This document shows positions 40,643 through 52,630 of a stretch of DNA of 64,000 nucleotides, in pieces. A program made the translations under genes and the position numbers. This DNA is from Holosporales bacterium (lineage in GTDB: Bacteria; Pseudomonadota; Alphaproteobacteria; JAJTHO01), in contig JBKDWF010000022.1 of NCBI GenBank assembly GCA_046338525.1, forward strand, positions 3,304 to 67,303, written 5' to 3'. The notes beneath the pieces are model-generated. The model was not told the DNA's origin. It searched no databases and saw only the letters and a program-made list of their open reading frames with translations. How positions within the stretch are numbered: position 1 is the stretch's first letter; each line of letters opens with the position of its first letter.

Positions 40643-41449
40643 TTACTGCGCCCCGGGCTGTGCCAGCTTATCGGGGTTGTCCACCAAAATAGCTTCCCGC
40701 AGGCTACGTTTATTATAGCCGCGCATCTTGCGGTATATCTCCAAATTACGCGAGACTTGAGCCGGGGTTAAATCGCGCTCCAGCAATCTTTTTGCCGGGT
40801 TTTCCCGCCCGGCAAGACCATAAACTAAAGCCAGATTACTCCGATGCTGAGCTGTTGCGTTTGGCTCAATCACCACGCTTTGCAAGACGTTCACCCCGGC
40901 TTCAATGTCGCCACCAAGGGCTAAGGACAGCCCCATGTTGTTGCGTAAGTTGAGATTTTGTGGGGCTAACCGAAGCCCTTGCCGATAGGCTGTCTGAGCA
41001 TTTTTGTGATCACCTTTAAGATCGTAGGCTGCGCCTAAAGAGGCATAATTCTGGGGTGTGGGTTCTACCAATACTGCCCGCTGAAAAGCATCAATCGCCG
41101 CATCGGGATCGTTGGCTTTGAGAGCCGTACGCCCATACCCTACCAATACCTCACGCGAGCTAGGACTGGATTCAACAGCCTGACGGTATTGTGCCACCGC
41201 CGCTTGCGCTTGCCCTAAGGCTAACTTGCTATCCCCCAGCTTTGCCCTAGCTTGGGCATCTTGGGGATTACGTTTAAGAGCTTCTTCATAAAACGCACTG
41301 GCCGCCGTGGCATCACCCGCCGCTAGCTTGATATCACCCTCACGAATTAATGAACCGCGATCGAGTTCCTCGACAGTACCATCACCAGCACAAGCCGCTA
41401 ACAAAAAAGAAGCCGAAAAAACAATAATTATTGTTCGCATAGGTAGCAT
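40643..41449 (-). CDS. TPR-repeat lipoprotein (TadD-like)
   Basis: Signal peptide plus lipobox 'FLLAACAG', followed by repeated TPR helices. Divergent from two TadE-like genes. Confidence 0.6.
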   Translation of the reverse strand: MLPMRTIIIVFSASFLLAACAGDGTVEELDRGSLIREGDIKLAAGDATAASAFYEEALKRNPQDAQARAKLGDSKLALGQAQAAVAQYRQAVESSPSSREVLVGYGRTALKANDPDAAIDAFQRAVLVEPTPQNYASLGAAYDLKGDHKNAQTAYRQGLRLAPQNLNLRNNMGLSLALGGDIEAGVNVLQSVVIEPNATAQHRSNLALVYGLAGRENPAKRLLERDLTPAQVSRNLEIYRKMRGYNKRSLREAILVDNPDKLAQPGAQ

Positions 41450-41518
41450 CGTGTTATCACCTTAGTATAAAGAAATAGTAACGATAGTTACCTAACACCA
41501 TTACCTTAGAGAGGCAAG

Positions 41519-42061
41519 ATGATGTTCTGTGCACTGTTGCAACGTTTGTTTAGAGGACGCTGTGGCGCAACGATGCTGGAGTTTGCATTGCTGGCCCCGC
41601 TGTTTTTTGTTGTGCTTTTTGGCGTTATAGAAGTATCTGTTATTATTCTAAAAACATTCGCCGCTGAAAATGCAATTAACGATCTTAGGCGTAAGGTAGC
41701 CCTTGGTGCAATCACTAACAGCCAAATCCAGCAAACCATCAAGAATAGCTCTTTTGGTTTCATTACGGTGGATACTGTCGTCGAGTCCGGTTGCGTCAGT
41801 AACTGCGTCTGCGTTGTAGCGTTCAGCAACCCTGAAAATCTAGCCAAGGCACAAAAAACCAATTCGAGCGGCTGCCCTTCTTCTGATGGAACCTCAGCTT
41901 CTACCCCTGATGCGTTAGTGCTGTACCAATTACGCTATCGCCATCAATTTTTTACGCCTTTGGGGTCATTGTTGTCCTTGATGGGTGGTGCTGGTGGTGG
42001 TATGACGGCAGGGTACCTTGATATGAGCACTAGCACCCTTGGCAAAAATCAACCCTATTAA
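41519..42061 (+). CDS. TadE-like pilus assembly / pseudopilin protein
   Basis: N-terminus 'GATMLEFALLAPLFFVVLFGVIEVS' is the TadE family signature. Confidence 0.7.
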   Translation: MMFCALLQRLFRGRCGATMLEFALLAPLFFVVLFGVIEVSVIILKTFAAENAINDLRRKVALGAITNSQIQQTIKNSSFGFITVDTVVESGCVSNCVCVVAFSNPENLAKAQKTNSSGCPSSDGTSASTPDALVLYQLRYRHQFFTPLGSLLSLMGGAGGGMTAGYLDMSTSTLGKNQPY

Positions 42062-42677
42062 TCGTTTGTGGCGCGATTGTCGTGGCCTTCAGGCCGTTGA
42101 ATTGGCACTTTTGTTGCCAATATTTTTTGCACTCATCTTTGGAGTTTTTGAAATTGGTCGATATCTTTTGATTAATCAAAAAGTCAGCCGCGCCGCCCAT
42201 ACCTTGGCTTCTATGATGGGGCAATCCGGATTTCCTAGGCCGTGCGATATCAGCAACATGCTTACCGTTGCTAACGCTGGGCTAAGCCCCTTTGATATAA
42301 GTGTCAACCAATTGCAAAACAACGCTGTTTTCGCTATTTCCGGGGTCAACAACGACGGCAGCGTCCAGCGCGTCTGGGCCTGCACTCTAGGCAATAGCAG
42401 CTTTGTCCCCAACCCAGGGGAGGGGATTCTCAGCGGCTCGCGTCTCACCCTAAATGACAATGAAGGGGCATACAGCATTGATGTCGTTTATGATTATCAA
42501 CCTGTTTTTTTTAAAAACATGTTCACTAAGTTTTTAGGGACAGCCCCAAACGGACGCCTGACTATCCGACGTAGCATCATTGTTCATCCAAGCCGTTCGC
42601 GCATGGTGCCCTTGTGGTCGCGTATTCTCAATCAAGAGCCACAATGCTCTCTTAGTGCTGGGGTACAGTGCAATTAA
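42039..42677 (+). CDS. TadE/TadF-like pilus assembly protein
   Basis: N-terminus 'GLQAVELALLLPIFFALIFGVFEIGRY'. Overlaps the upstream TadE-like gene. Confidence 0.65.
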   Translation: MAKINPINRLWRDCRGLQAVELALLLPIFFALIFGVFEIGRYLLINQKVSRAAHTLASMMGQSGFPRPCDISNMLTVANAGLSPFDISVNQLQNNAVFAISGVNNDGSVQRVWACTLGNSSFVPNPGEGILSGSRLTLNDNEGAYSIDVVYDYQPVFFKNMFTKFLGTAPNGRLTIRRSIIVHPSRSRMVPLWSRILNQEPQCSLSAGVQCN

Positions 42678-42685
42678 AGGATGCT

Positions 42686-42774
42686 GTACTGAACGCACCT
42701 GAAGACTTCTGGTTGGCTGCGCGCCGCTAGGTTTGCTCGCCGAACCGTAAGTTTTCATACGCATTCAGTATACT
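42686..42774. repeat. Family C repeat, copy C3 (with imperfect terminal inverted repeats 'gtactgaacgca' / 'tacgcattcagtatac')
   Basis: Matches the C1/C2 core 'ctgaagacttc.gg...cgccgaacc'. Supplies the last 6 codons and stop of glmM. Confidence 0.6.
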
Positions 42775-44104
42775 TTAAACTCCTCGCCACCACGGCAATC
42801 GCCGCATCCACCAACTGCTCATCCTCCGCTTCGGCCATAATTCGCACCAACGGTTCTGTGCCGGAACGGCGCACCAGCAAACGACCCTTTTGCCGCAATA
42901 AACTTTCGGCTTCTTGAATAGCAGCAGTAACAGCGGGGGTTGCAAGCAACGCAGGGTCACAGCGCACGTTGTGCAGCTTCTGCGGCACGGGGGTGAAGGC
43001 CCTAGCCAATCTACTTAGTGGGCCGCCTTTTTCCACCAAGATGGAAAGAATCTGCAAGCTGGCCACCAGCCCGTCGCCAGTAGTAGCATAGCCGCCGACA
43101 ATAATATGCCCGGATTGCTCTCCGCCGATGGTGCAGCCAGCGCGGCGCATTTCCTCTAACACATAACGATCGCCAACCTTGGCGCGATGCAGGACAAGAC
43201 CTTTTGCCTGTAAAAACCGCTCCAGCCCCAGATTGGACATTACGGTACTGACAATTCCGTCACCTTGCAGAATACCTTTTTCGTGCCAATCGGCCGCAAT
43301 CAAAGCCAAGATTTGATCGCCGTCAATAATATGGCCTAGCTCATCGGCAATCACCACCCGATCCGCGTCGCCATCTAGGGCTATCCCCAGATGCGCCCCA
43401 TGCTCTAGCACCGCTCGGCGCATGGCATCGGGGTAGGTGCTACCGCACTGATCGTTGATGTTAAAGCCGTCCGGGGACACGTTCAAGGGAATGACGTGGG
43501 CACCAAGCTCCCACAAGGCCGTTGGTGCCGCCTTGTACGCTGCACCGTGGGCGCAATCAACGACAATTTTAAGGCCATCAAGACGCATGCCCTTAGGCAA
43601 CGTCGTCTTCACCATCTCAATGTACCGCCCCAAGGCATCATCAATCCGCCGTGCCCGGCCAAGCTCTCGCGGACCGGCAACATGATCCGATAGATCGCTG
43701 CCAGCCCGCCGTTCGATTTCATCTTCAAGAGCGTCGGAAAGCTTATACCCATCCGGCGCAAAAAACTTGATACCGTTATCGGCAAAAGGATTATGCGATG
43801 CCGACAACATCACCCCCAAATCGGCACGCATGGATCGCACCAATCGCGCCACCCCCGGGGTTGGCAATGGTCCCAAGAGCAACACGTCCATGCCCATGCT
43901 GATGAACCCCGCAGTCAGGGCAGGCTCCAGCAAGTACCCCGATAGGCGGGTGTCCTTGCCAATCACTACAGTGTGGCGGCGGCTTTTATCGGTGCAAAAA
44001 AGGCTTGCGGCGGCCTTGGCAAGGCTCAAGGCAACTTCCGGTGTCATAGGCCAACGGTTGGCCGCACCGCGCACGCCATCGGTACCGAACAGGCGGCCAC
44101 TCAT
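42755..44104 (-). CDS. glmM: Phosphoglucosamine mutase
   Basis: 449 aa with N-terminus 'LFGTDGVRG', active-site 'SASHNP' and 'GGEQSGH'. Confidence 0.9.
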   Translation of the reverse strand: MSGRLFGTDGVRGAANRWPMTPEVALSLAKAAASLFCTDKSRRHTVVIGKDTRLSGYLLEPALTAGFISMGMDVLLLGPLPTPGVARLVRSMRADLGVMLSASHNPFADNGIKFFAPDGYKLSDALEDEIERRAGSDLSDHVAGPRELGRARRIDDALGRYIEMVKTTLPKGMRLDGLKIVVDCAHGAAYKAAPTALWELGAHVIPLNVSPDGFNINDQCGSTYPDAMRRAVLEHGAHLGIALDGDADRVVIADELGHIIDGDQILALIAADWHEKGILQGDGIVSTVMSNLGLERFLQAKGLVLHRAKVGDRYVLEEMRRAGCTIGGEQSGHIIVGGYATTGDGLVASLQILSILVEKGGPLSRLARAFTPVPQKLHNVRCDPALLATPAVTAAIQEAESLLRQKGRLLVRRSGTEPLVRIMAEAEDEQLVDAAIAVVARSLKYTECV

Positions 44105-44988
44105 GCCTTGGTGAGTTCCTTGTACTTCTGGCTCAGCAATTTTGTAATAGTACTAGGGGTAAACGACAACTCATCGAGCCGCCCCACAGGGGTAAGTTCC
44201 GCCGCTGTACCGGTCAGAAAAACCTCAGTGGCGATGCTCAAATCCTCCGGCGGGATGTGCCGCTCTAGGACATTAATCCCGTTATCAATCGCTAATTGAA
44301 TCACCGTCTGGCGGGTAATGCCGTTGAGAAAACAATCTGGAACAGGGGTATGCAGCACGCCGTCAATGACCATAAAAATATTAGCTCCCGTCGCTTCGGC
44401 CACTAGACCCCGGTAATCCAGCATTAAGGCATCTTGGAAACCCTTGCGTTCGGCCTCATGCTTCGAGATAGTACAAATCATATACAAACCCGCCGCTTTG
44501 CTTTCCGTCGGAGCCATGGTCGGCGCGGGGCGGCAATAGCGGGCACGAGTCAGGGCGATGCCATTCTCCAACAGCTCTGGTGCGTAGTAGGTTTTCGTCT
44601 CCCAAGAAGCAATAGCCACATGAATCGTGGTGCGCTGGGCGGCGATAGCCATCATCTCCGAGCCGCGCCAAGCCACCGGGCGAACGTACCCATTCTTCAC
44701 GCCCTGCTTTTCCACCGTGGCCAGCGTCGCGGCATTAAGCTCCCCCACTGAATAGGGAATCTTCATATCCAGTAGTTCCGCCGAACGAATCAGCCGCTGG
44801 CTATGCTCGCTCAGTTTGAAAATCTTGCCGTCATACACCCGCAAACCCTCAAACACCGAGCTGGCATAATGCAACCCGTGGGTCAGGATATGCACCTTTC
44901 CTTCCCGCCACGGAACAAATTTCCCATCCACCCAAATAAAACCATCGCGGTCATCAAATGGGGCAGCGGTATTGGAAAACTGGCTCAT
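44101..44988 (-). CDS. ilvE: Branched-chain amino acid aminotransferase
   Basis: 295 aa class IV aminotransferase pattern. 4-nt overlap with glmM. Confidence 0.8.
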   Translation of the reverse strand: MSQFSNTAAPFDDRDGFIWVDGKFVPWREGKVHILTHGLHYASSVFEGLRVYDGKIFKLSEHSQRLIRSAELLDMKIPYSVGELNAATLATVEKQGVKNGYVRPVAWRGSEMMAIAAQRTTIHVAIASWETKTYYAPELLENGIALTRARYCRPAPTMAPTESKAAGLYMICTISKHEAERKGFQDALMLDYRGLVAEATGANIFMVIDGVLHTPVPDCFLNGITRQTVIQLAIDNGINVLERHIPPEDLSIATEVFLTGTAAELTPVGRLDELSFTPSTITKLLSQKYKELTKA

Positions 44989-45158
44989 GCGGGTATCCTT
45001 TGTATAACGGTGGGAAACCTACGCAAGGCTTGATAGAAATGCAAGGGGCACCTCTTTGATGTGGTTATACTGCTCATCTGAAAACATACCCCGCACAAGA
45101 AAAAGTGCCTCATTAAGTTTTCCCTTAATGAGGCGATGATCAGAATGTTCAGGTACCA

Positions 45159-46514
45159 TCAGTGCGAATGCCCGCAATGCTCATCGTGGATGTGCTCTTC
45201 TTCGTCAAACTCATCGTCCTCGTCTTTTTTGATAAGGTCAATAAACTCATTCATAGTAATGGGTTTTTCCGTGACGGTGATTTTCTCAAGCAACCAGTCC
45301 GTGACTTTATCTTCATAAATTGAGGCACTAATTCTTTCAACGATTTGGGGGCTGTTGCGGAAAAATTCTAGATAGTTTTTACGGTCGCTCAGAGGGCTTT
45401 TTGCGATAATGTCATTGATGGCTTTATTGAGTTCCTCATTACTAACAGTAATTTTTTGCTCATTGCCAAGATGCCCGAGTACAAGCCCCAGTTTAATCCG
45501 TCGTTTGGCAAGGGTATCAATTTCTTCCTTGTCGGTATCTGTTAGAGCATCGGCCGTTTTCTCCAGTTGCCGGGTGACGACGACGCGCTCATCCGCTAAC
45601 ATTCTTGGAGGCAATTCAAAAGAATAGGCTATATCTAAGGCATTGAGGAGAGAAAGGCGCAATTTGTTTTTAATCGGGGGATCAAACTCCGCCAATGTCC
45701 TTTTTTTAATCCATTCTTCGGCCTCGGCCAGTGTTTCATTGCCTATTTTTTTGGCGAGGTTGTCATCAATGGGATGGGGTTCAATCTGCTGGATGCCTTG
45801 GATGGTGATGTGGGTGGTAACAGCTCCTGCGTTTTTAAGCACATCAGGTTCAAGTATATCAAAAATATCTCTTTGGACAGTAGTGGTAAAGCCGACTTTC
45901 TGACCAAAAAATAAGGTATCGGCTTCTTCTTTTTTTTCTAAGTCTTCCAGAATCCAACGCAGATTTTCATCTTTTGTGATAATAGTATTAGTAGTATCGT
46001 CCATAATGGTAATGTCTGCAGCAACAATATCACCCCACGTTGCCGCATGATCGGCCGCGGCGGGGAATTCTTTACTAAAAATCTGGGCAAGATTTTCAAG
46101 GCGTTTTGTTGCTAAATCGTCAGGGAGTTGCACTACAAATTTTTCAGCCGTAATGCTGGAAAAATCGATAGCGGGTATTTCCGGCAGGATATCTAGGGTA
46201 ACAGTGAAATCAATCTCTTCCCCGGTGGAGTTAATCTTTATTGCGGGTTGTCCGGCTATTTTGATGTTAATTTGACGCATAGCCTCATCAACAGATTGGC
46301 TAATAGTGTTGCGCAAAGCTTCGCTGCGAACCTGTTTTTCATATTGAGGGCGGATGACATTGACAGGTACTTTGCCAGGACGGAAACCCGCATGGCGCAA
46401 AGTTTTGGCAATACGGCTAAGTTCAGCCTCAACCTGAGCATCCCAGCGGGATTTAGGCACTCGCAGGTTTACTTCACGAGTGAGACCATCGGTTTTTGTA
46501 ACTTCAACGTGCAT
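45159..46514 (-). CDS. tig: Trigger factor
   Basis: 'MHVEVTKTDGLTREVNLRVP...' with an FKBP-like middle domain. Unusual acidic/His-Cys C-terminal tail 'DEDDEFDEEEHIHDEHCGHSH'. The tracked ORF start at 46598 is an extension. Confidence 0.9.
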   Translation of the reverse strand: MHVEVTKTDGLTREVNLRVPKSRWDAQVEAELSRIAKTLRHAGFRPGKVPVNVIRPQYEKQVRSEALRNTISQSVDEAMRQINIKIAGQPAIKINSTGEEIDFTVTLDILPEIPAIDFSSITAEKFVVQLPDDLATKRLENLAQIFSKEFPAAADHAATWGDIVAADITIMDDTTNTIITKDENLRWILEDLEKKEEADTLFFGQKVGFTTTVQRDIFDILEPDVLKNAGAVTTHITIQGIQQIEPHPIDDNLAKKIGNETLAEAEEWIKKRTLAEFDPPIKNKLRLSLLNALDIAYSFELPPRMLADERVVVTRQLEKTADALTDTDKEEIDTLAKRRIKLGLVLGHLGNEQKITVSNEELNKAINDIIAKSPLSDRKNYLEFFRNSPQIVERISASIYEDKVTDWLLEKITVTEKPITMNEFIDLIKKDEDDEFDEEEHIHDEHCGHSH

Positions 46515-46556
46515 GGAAAAATTCCTGACTTTCCTTTGTAAAATAAAATATATCGG

Positions 46557-46641
46557 TGGTGCGGGTGAAGGGACTTGAACCCCCACGCCTTGCGGCACAA
46601 GAACCTAAATCTTGCGTGTCTGCCATTTCACCACACCCGCG
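46557..46641 (-). tRNA. tRNA-Leu (anticodon UAG), class II with long variable arm, CCA encoded
   Basis: Reverse complement 'gcgggtgtggtgaaatggcagacacgcaagatttaggttcttgtgccgcaaggcgtgggggttcaagtcccttcacccgcacca'. Anticodon loop 'tttaggt'. Confidence 0.85.
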
Positions 46642-46679
46642 TTGCAAACATTGATAATGCCCTTAGGATAATACGGCAA

Positions 46680-48830
<2,151 letters not shown>

Positions 48831-48834
<4 letters not shown>

Positions 48835-51191
48835 AAATTAGTACAACGTGGGTGCAGCGATACCTAGCAACGCTGCCGCAGGATTTCTCCAACGAGTTAA
48901 CCCGCCTTGGCCTTGAATTTGAGGGCTGGGATGTTGACGTAAACACACTGTCACCGTTTACCGTTGCTCACATTCGTGAAGCAATCCCTCATCCTAACGC
49001 TAGCCGCCTGCAAGTCTGCACCGTGGATACTGCGGAAGGCCAGAAAACCATTGTCTGCGGCGCATCCAATGCCCGCGCTGGCCTGAAAACCGTTTTTGCT
49101 AAGCTGGGCACGTTTATTCCCGGCAGCGGCATCACCATCGAAAAACGCCCCGTGCGCGGGGTGGAAAGCGACGGAATGCTGTGCTCGGCAGAGGAATTAA
49201 AACTACCGTGGAGCACCGACGGGATTATTGAACTGCACGACGATGCCGTGGTGGGTAGCCCGGCGGCCCAGGCATTGGGTCTTGAGGGCGGCGTGTTCAG
49301 CGTCGGCCTGACCCCCAACCGGGCCGACTGCTTTTCCGTGCGGGGCATCGCGCGGGATTTGGCCGCCGCCGGGGTGGGAACCTTTAAAGACTCCCCTGCC
49401 CCATCGTTCAACTATAGTGCCAGCACGGATTATCCGGTTATCGTGAATACCGATGCGGTGATCGGTCTGGCCCTTGCGGAAGTCTCCTTGCCTAAGGACG
49501 CGAAGACACCGGATTTTATCGCCCACAGCCTGCGGGCGGTGGGGGTGACGCTGCGATCGCTGGCCGTGGACGTGACGAATTTTAGTTGTCTTGGTCGCGG
49601 GCGGCCTTTGCATGCTTTTGATAAGGATAAGCTTAAAGGTGCGCTTCGTTTTGATCTTAGCAAGGGCGGTGAAGCCCTCATAGCCCTGAACGGCACTACC
49701 TACACGCTTCCCGCCGGGGCTATTGTGATCAGCGATGACACGGGAATTATTGCTCTGGCCGGGATTATCGGCGGGGCCAGCACGGCGGTGGGTGCACAGA
49801 CAACGACTATCCTGCTGGAATCGGCGGTGTTTGATGCCGGGCATATTGCCAGGGCTGGGCAAGCGTTGGGGATTGTCACCGATGCCCGGCAACGGTTTGA
49901 GCGCGGCGTGGACGCGCAGGATATGGAACCGGGTCTGGATGAGGCCTTGGGGCAGTTGCAGGACGCGGGCGCTGGGGTAAAAAAGCCCCAGATTGTTCGC
50001 GTAGTGCCGTCCCACAAACCCGCTGTGATTGTCTTTGATCCGGGACTGGTGGCGACGCTGGGCGGGCTATCTGTCTCTTCCGATGTGGCGCGCAAGACCC
50101 TTGAGGCGTTGGGGTGCACCGTGACGCAAAAGGGTGCTGTGTTTGAGGTAACACCCCCCTCTTGGCGGCATGATTTAAAGATTGCCGAAGATTTGGTGGA
50201 GGACGTCCTGCGTCTACAGGGCTATGCTAAGATTCCCAGTGTTTCCTTGCCGCCTGTGATACCTCCGGTACCAGTGGATTTCTCCCAGCGGTTGCGGACG
50301 GCGTTCGCGGCGGCGGGGTGCGTTGAAGTCGTCAGTTGGTCTTTTGCTGCCCCTGCGCTGGTGGAGGCCAGCGGTGAGGTGGACAAAGTGGCTGCGTTGC
50401 GCCTGAAAAACCCCATCAGTGCAGAGCTTTCTGTGATGCGCCCCAACATGGTGGTGAGCTTGCTGCCCTTAGTGGCCGAGGCGGTGCGGTATGGTCAGGC
50501 TAGCGGCAAGATTTTTGAAATCGGTGAGGTCTTTAGAGGTGATGGTCAGGGTGAGGCCAGAGCCATTGCCGTGTTGTGGGGGGACGCAGTGCCCCGGCAC
50601 TGGCGCGGCAAGAAAACAGCGGTGGATAGCGTCGCGGCGCAGGCGTTGCTGCACCAGGTTATGGCCAGCGTGGGAAAACCGCTGGAATCGAAAGTGCCGG
50701 ATCGGGAGGAGCTTCCCCCCTACCTGCACCCTGGGCAAGCGGGTCACTATCGCCACGATGCTTATAAACATGTTCTGGCTACGTTTGGGGTGCTGCACCC
50801 CGCTATCTTGACGGCGGCGGACATTGATGTGCCCATCGCACTGGCGGAAGTTCGTCTTGATACGGCGGAACACTGGAAGCCTGCGGCGTCGTTTTATCAT
50901 TCCCCGTATCAGGCCGTGCGCCGGGATTTTGCCTTTATTATTCCTGAAAAGCTGGATGCGGCCAAAGTGGTTGCGGCGGTGCGGGAGGCAAGTATAGATT
51001 TCAGCCGGGAAGTCCTTGTGTTTGATCGCTTTGTCGGCGGGGATATTCCGGCTGGGCAGGTGTCGTTAGGGGTGGAAGTGGTACTCCAAGCCTCGGATCG
51101 GACACTGGATGAGGCGACGATTAAAGCCGTTAGTGAGAAGATAGTAGCGGGGGTTTCATTATTGGGCGGACGGCTGCGGGGGAATGCTTAA
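48831..51191 (+). CDS. pheT: Phenylalanine--tRNA ligase beta subunit
   Basis: ~787 aa with B3/B4, B5 and FDX-ACB domain order. Begins 'MKISTTWVQRYL'. ATGA overlap with pheS. Confidence 0.9.
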
Positions 51192-51308
51192 GGACCCCTC
51201 CCTTTACATCCTTTATAAAAAAGGGTATAAACAATGTCATACTAGCGGTACGCTGTTCGTGCGGATGATTCGCTGGACAAGATGTATTCCCTAGGCCATA
51301 GTTTTCAC

Positions 51309-51596
51309 ATGTCCCTTACCCCTGCAACAGTTGCCAAGGTTGCCAGTCTGGCGCGGCTGGATGTTCCTGAATCGCGGCGTGAAACCCTGGCCGCTGAGAT
51401 GTCCAGCATTCTTGCCTTTATTGAACAGCTTGGCGAAGTGAACACCGATGGGGTGGAGCCGCTGCGCAGCGTTGTTCAGGCCACCCAACGCCTGCGCCCT
51501 GAGGCCGTGACCGACGGCGGCAAGGTCGAGGCGGTTTTGGCCAACGCGCCGGAAAAAGCGCAGGGGTTTTTTGTGGTGCCGAAGGTGGTGGAGTAG
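51309..51596 (+). CDS. gatC: Asp-tRNA(Asn)/Glu-tRNA(Gln) amidotransferase subunit C
   Basis: 'MSLTPATVAKVASLARLDVPESRRETLAAEMSSILAFIEQL'. No gatA or gatB follows. Confidence 0.8.
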   Translation: MSLTPATVAKVASLARLDVPESRRETLAAEMSSILAFIEQLGEVNTDGVEPLRSVVQATQRLRPEAVTDGGKVEAVLANAPEKAQGFFVVPKVVE

Positions 51597-51631
51597 GCAC
51601 CACCCAGATGGACTTGGTTCTATGAGAATGC

Positions 51632-52531
51632 TTAACGATCCATTATAGTATGTTGCAATGATACCAATGCGCTTACAGAAGCTTGCGTATGTTGGTAATA
51701 TCGACCATGCTCAATGCACCCTACGTGCGCGGTGCTTTGCCATTGTGTTCGCAGTTGCCCATCAGTTGTATGCTCTGCAAAAAATTGTCGAGCCTGCCCT
51801 TCAAAGGTGCTGTTACCGTGTGGGTAAAAAGAATAGGTTTGCAACATATGCAAGAATTCTTCTGGGGAATTATATGGTATTTCCCTCGTGAAACGGACAG
51901 GTTCATGTTGTCCAATGTACTGTTCTGAAATACTAGTGGGCGTTTGCTCTGCGGGCTTTAGAAACTGTCCTCTTTTTGTTGTGTATCCCTCACAATGATC
52001 TGCAAAGAAATCATGAAGTTTCGCTGTGAAGGCATCTTCTTGATCAAGCATTGTGTAAAGAATGATGATTTTTCCTTCTGCTTTGAGGAGGCGATCCAAC
52101 TCTGCAAGGGTGTTATCATAATCTGATAAAAACCAGTGTGCGGCATTGGCCATTATAATGGCATCGGCATATTGATCAGGAAATGGTGTAGAAGAAGAAG
52201 TGCCGTTTGCTACAACAATACGAGGACAGTTCGGTGTTTCCGCCAGACGCTTTAGTCCTTCTTCTCGCATATCAGGCTGCGGCTCAACAAGATGCATCCG
52301 TACGGGGGAGGGGGGGGAATTATTGGCAATATGTTCCGACAACGTCCCTGTTCCTCCGCCTAAGTCTAATATCACTGGATTGGTGGAGAGTGCTGCTTGA
52401 TTTAAAGCTGCTTTTATTGCTCTTGGGTCATGCAGAGGACGACTATTTGTATAAAATTCTGCTTGTTTCTGAAATAATTTTGATGGATCCTGAAGGTGCA
52501 AATCAATGGACATAAAAAGCCTCGCTGTCAT
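51632..52531 (-). CDS. Class I SAM-dependent methyltransferase (visibly AT-rich gene)
   Basis: 299 aa with motif I 'ILDLGGGTGTLSE'. Base composition is noticeably lower in GC than the neighbouring pheT, gatC and groEL. Confidence 0.7.
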   Translation of the reverse strand: MTARLFMSIDLHLQDPSKLFQKQAEFYTNSRPLHDPRAIKAALNQAALSTNPVILDLGGGTGTLSEHIANNSPPSPVRMHLVEPQPDMREEGLKRLAETPNCPRIVVANGTSSSTPFPDQYADAIIMANAAHWFLSDYDNTLAELDRLLKAEGKIIILYTMLDQEDAFTAKLHDFFADHCEGYTTKRGQFLKPAEQTPTSISEQYIGQHEPVRFTREIPYNSPEEFLHMLQTYSFYPHGNSTFEGQARQFFAEHTTDGQLRTQWQSTAHVGCIEHGRYYQHTQASVSALVSLQHTIMDR

Positions 52532-52630
52532 CGTTTCTGAAAGCTCTGGTGGCGAGCGATCATTTAAATATGATTTTTATAACATAAAATAATATATTTT
52601 ACAATAATTATTTTAAATAAGGAAAATTCT

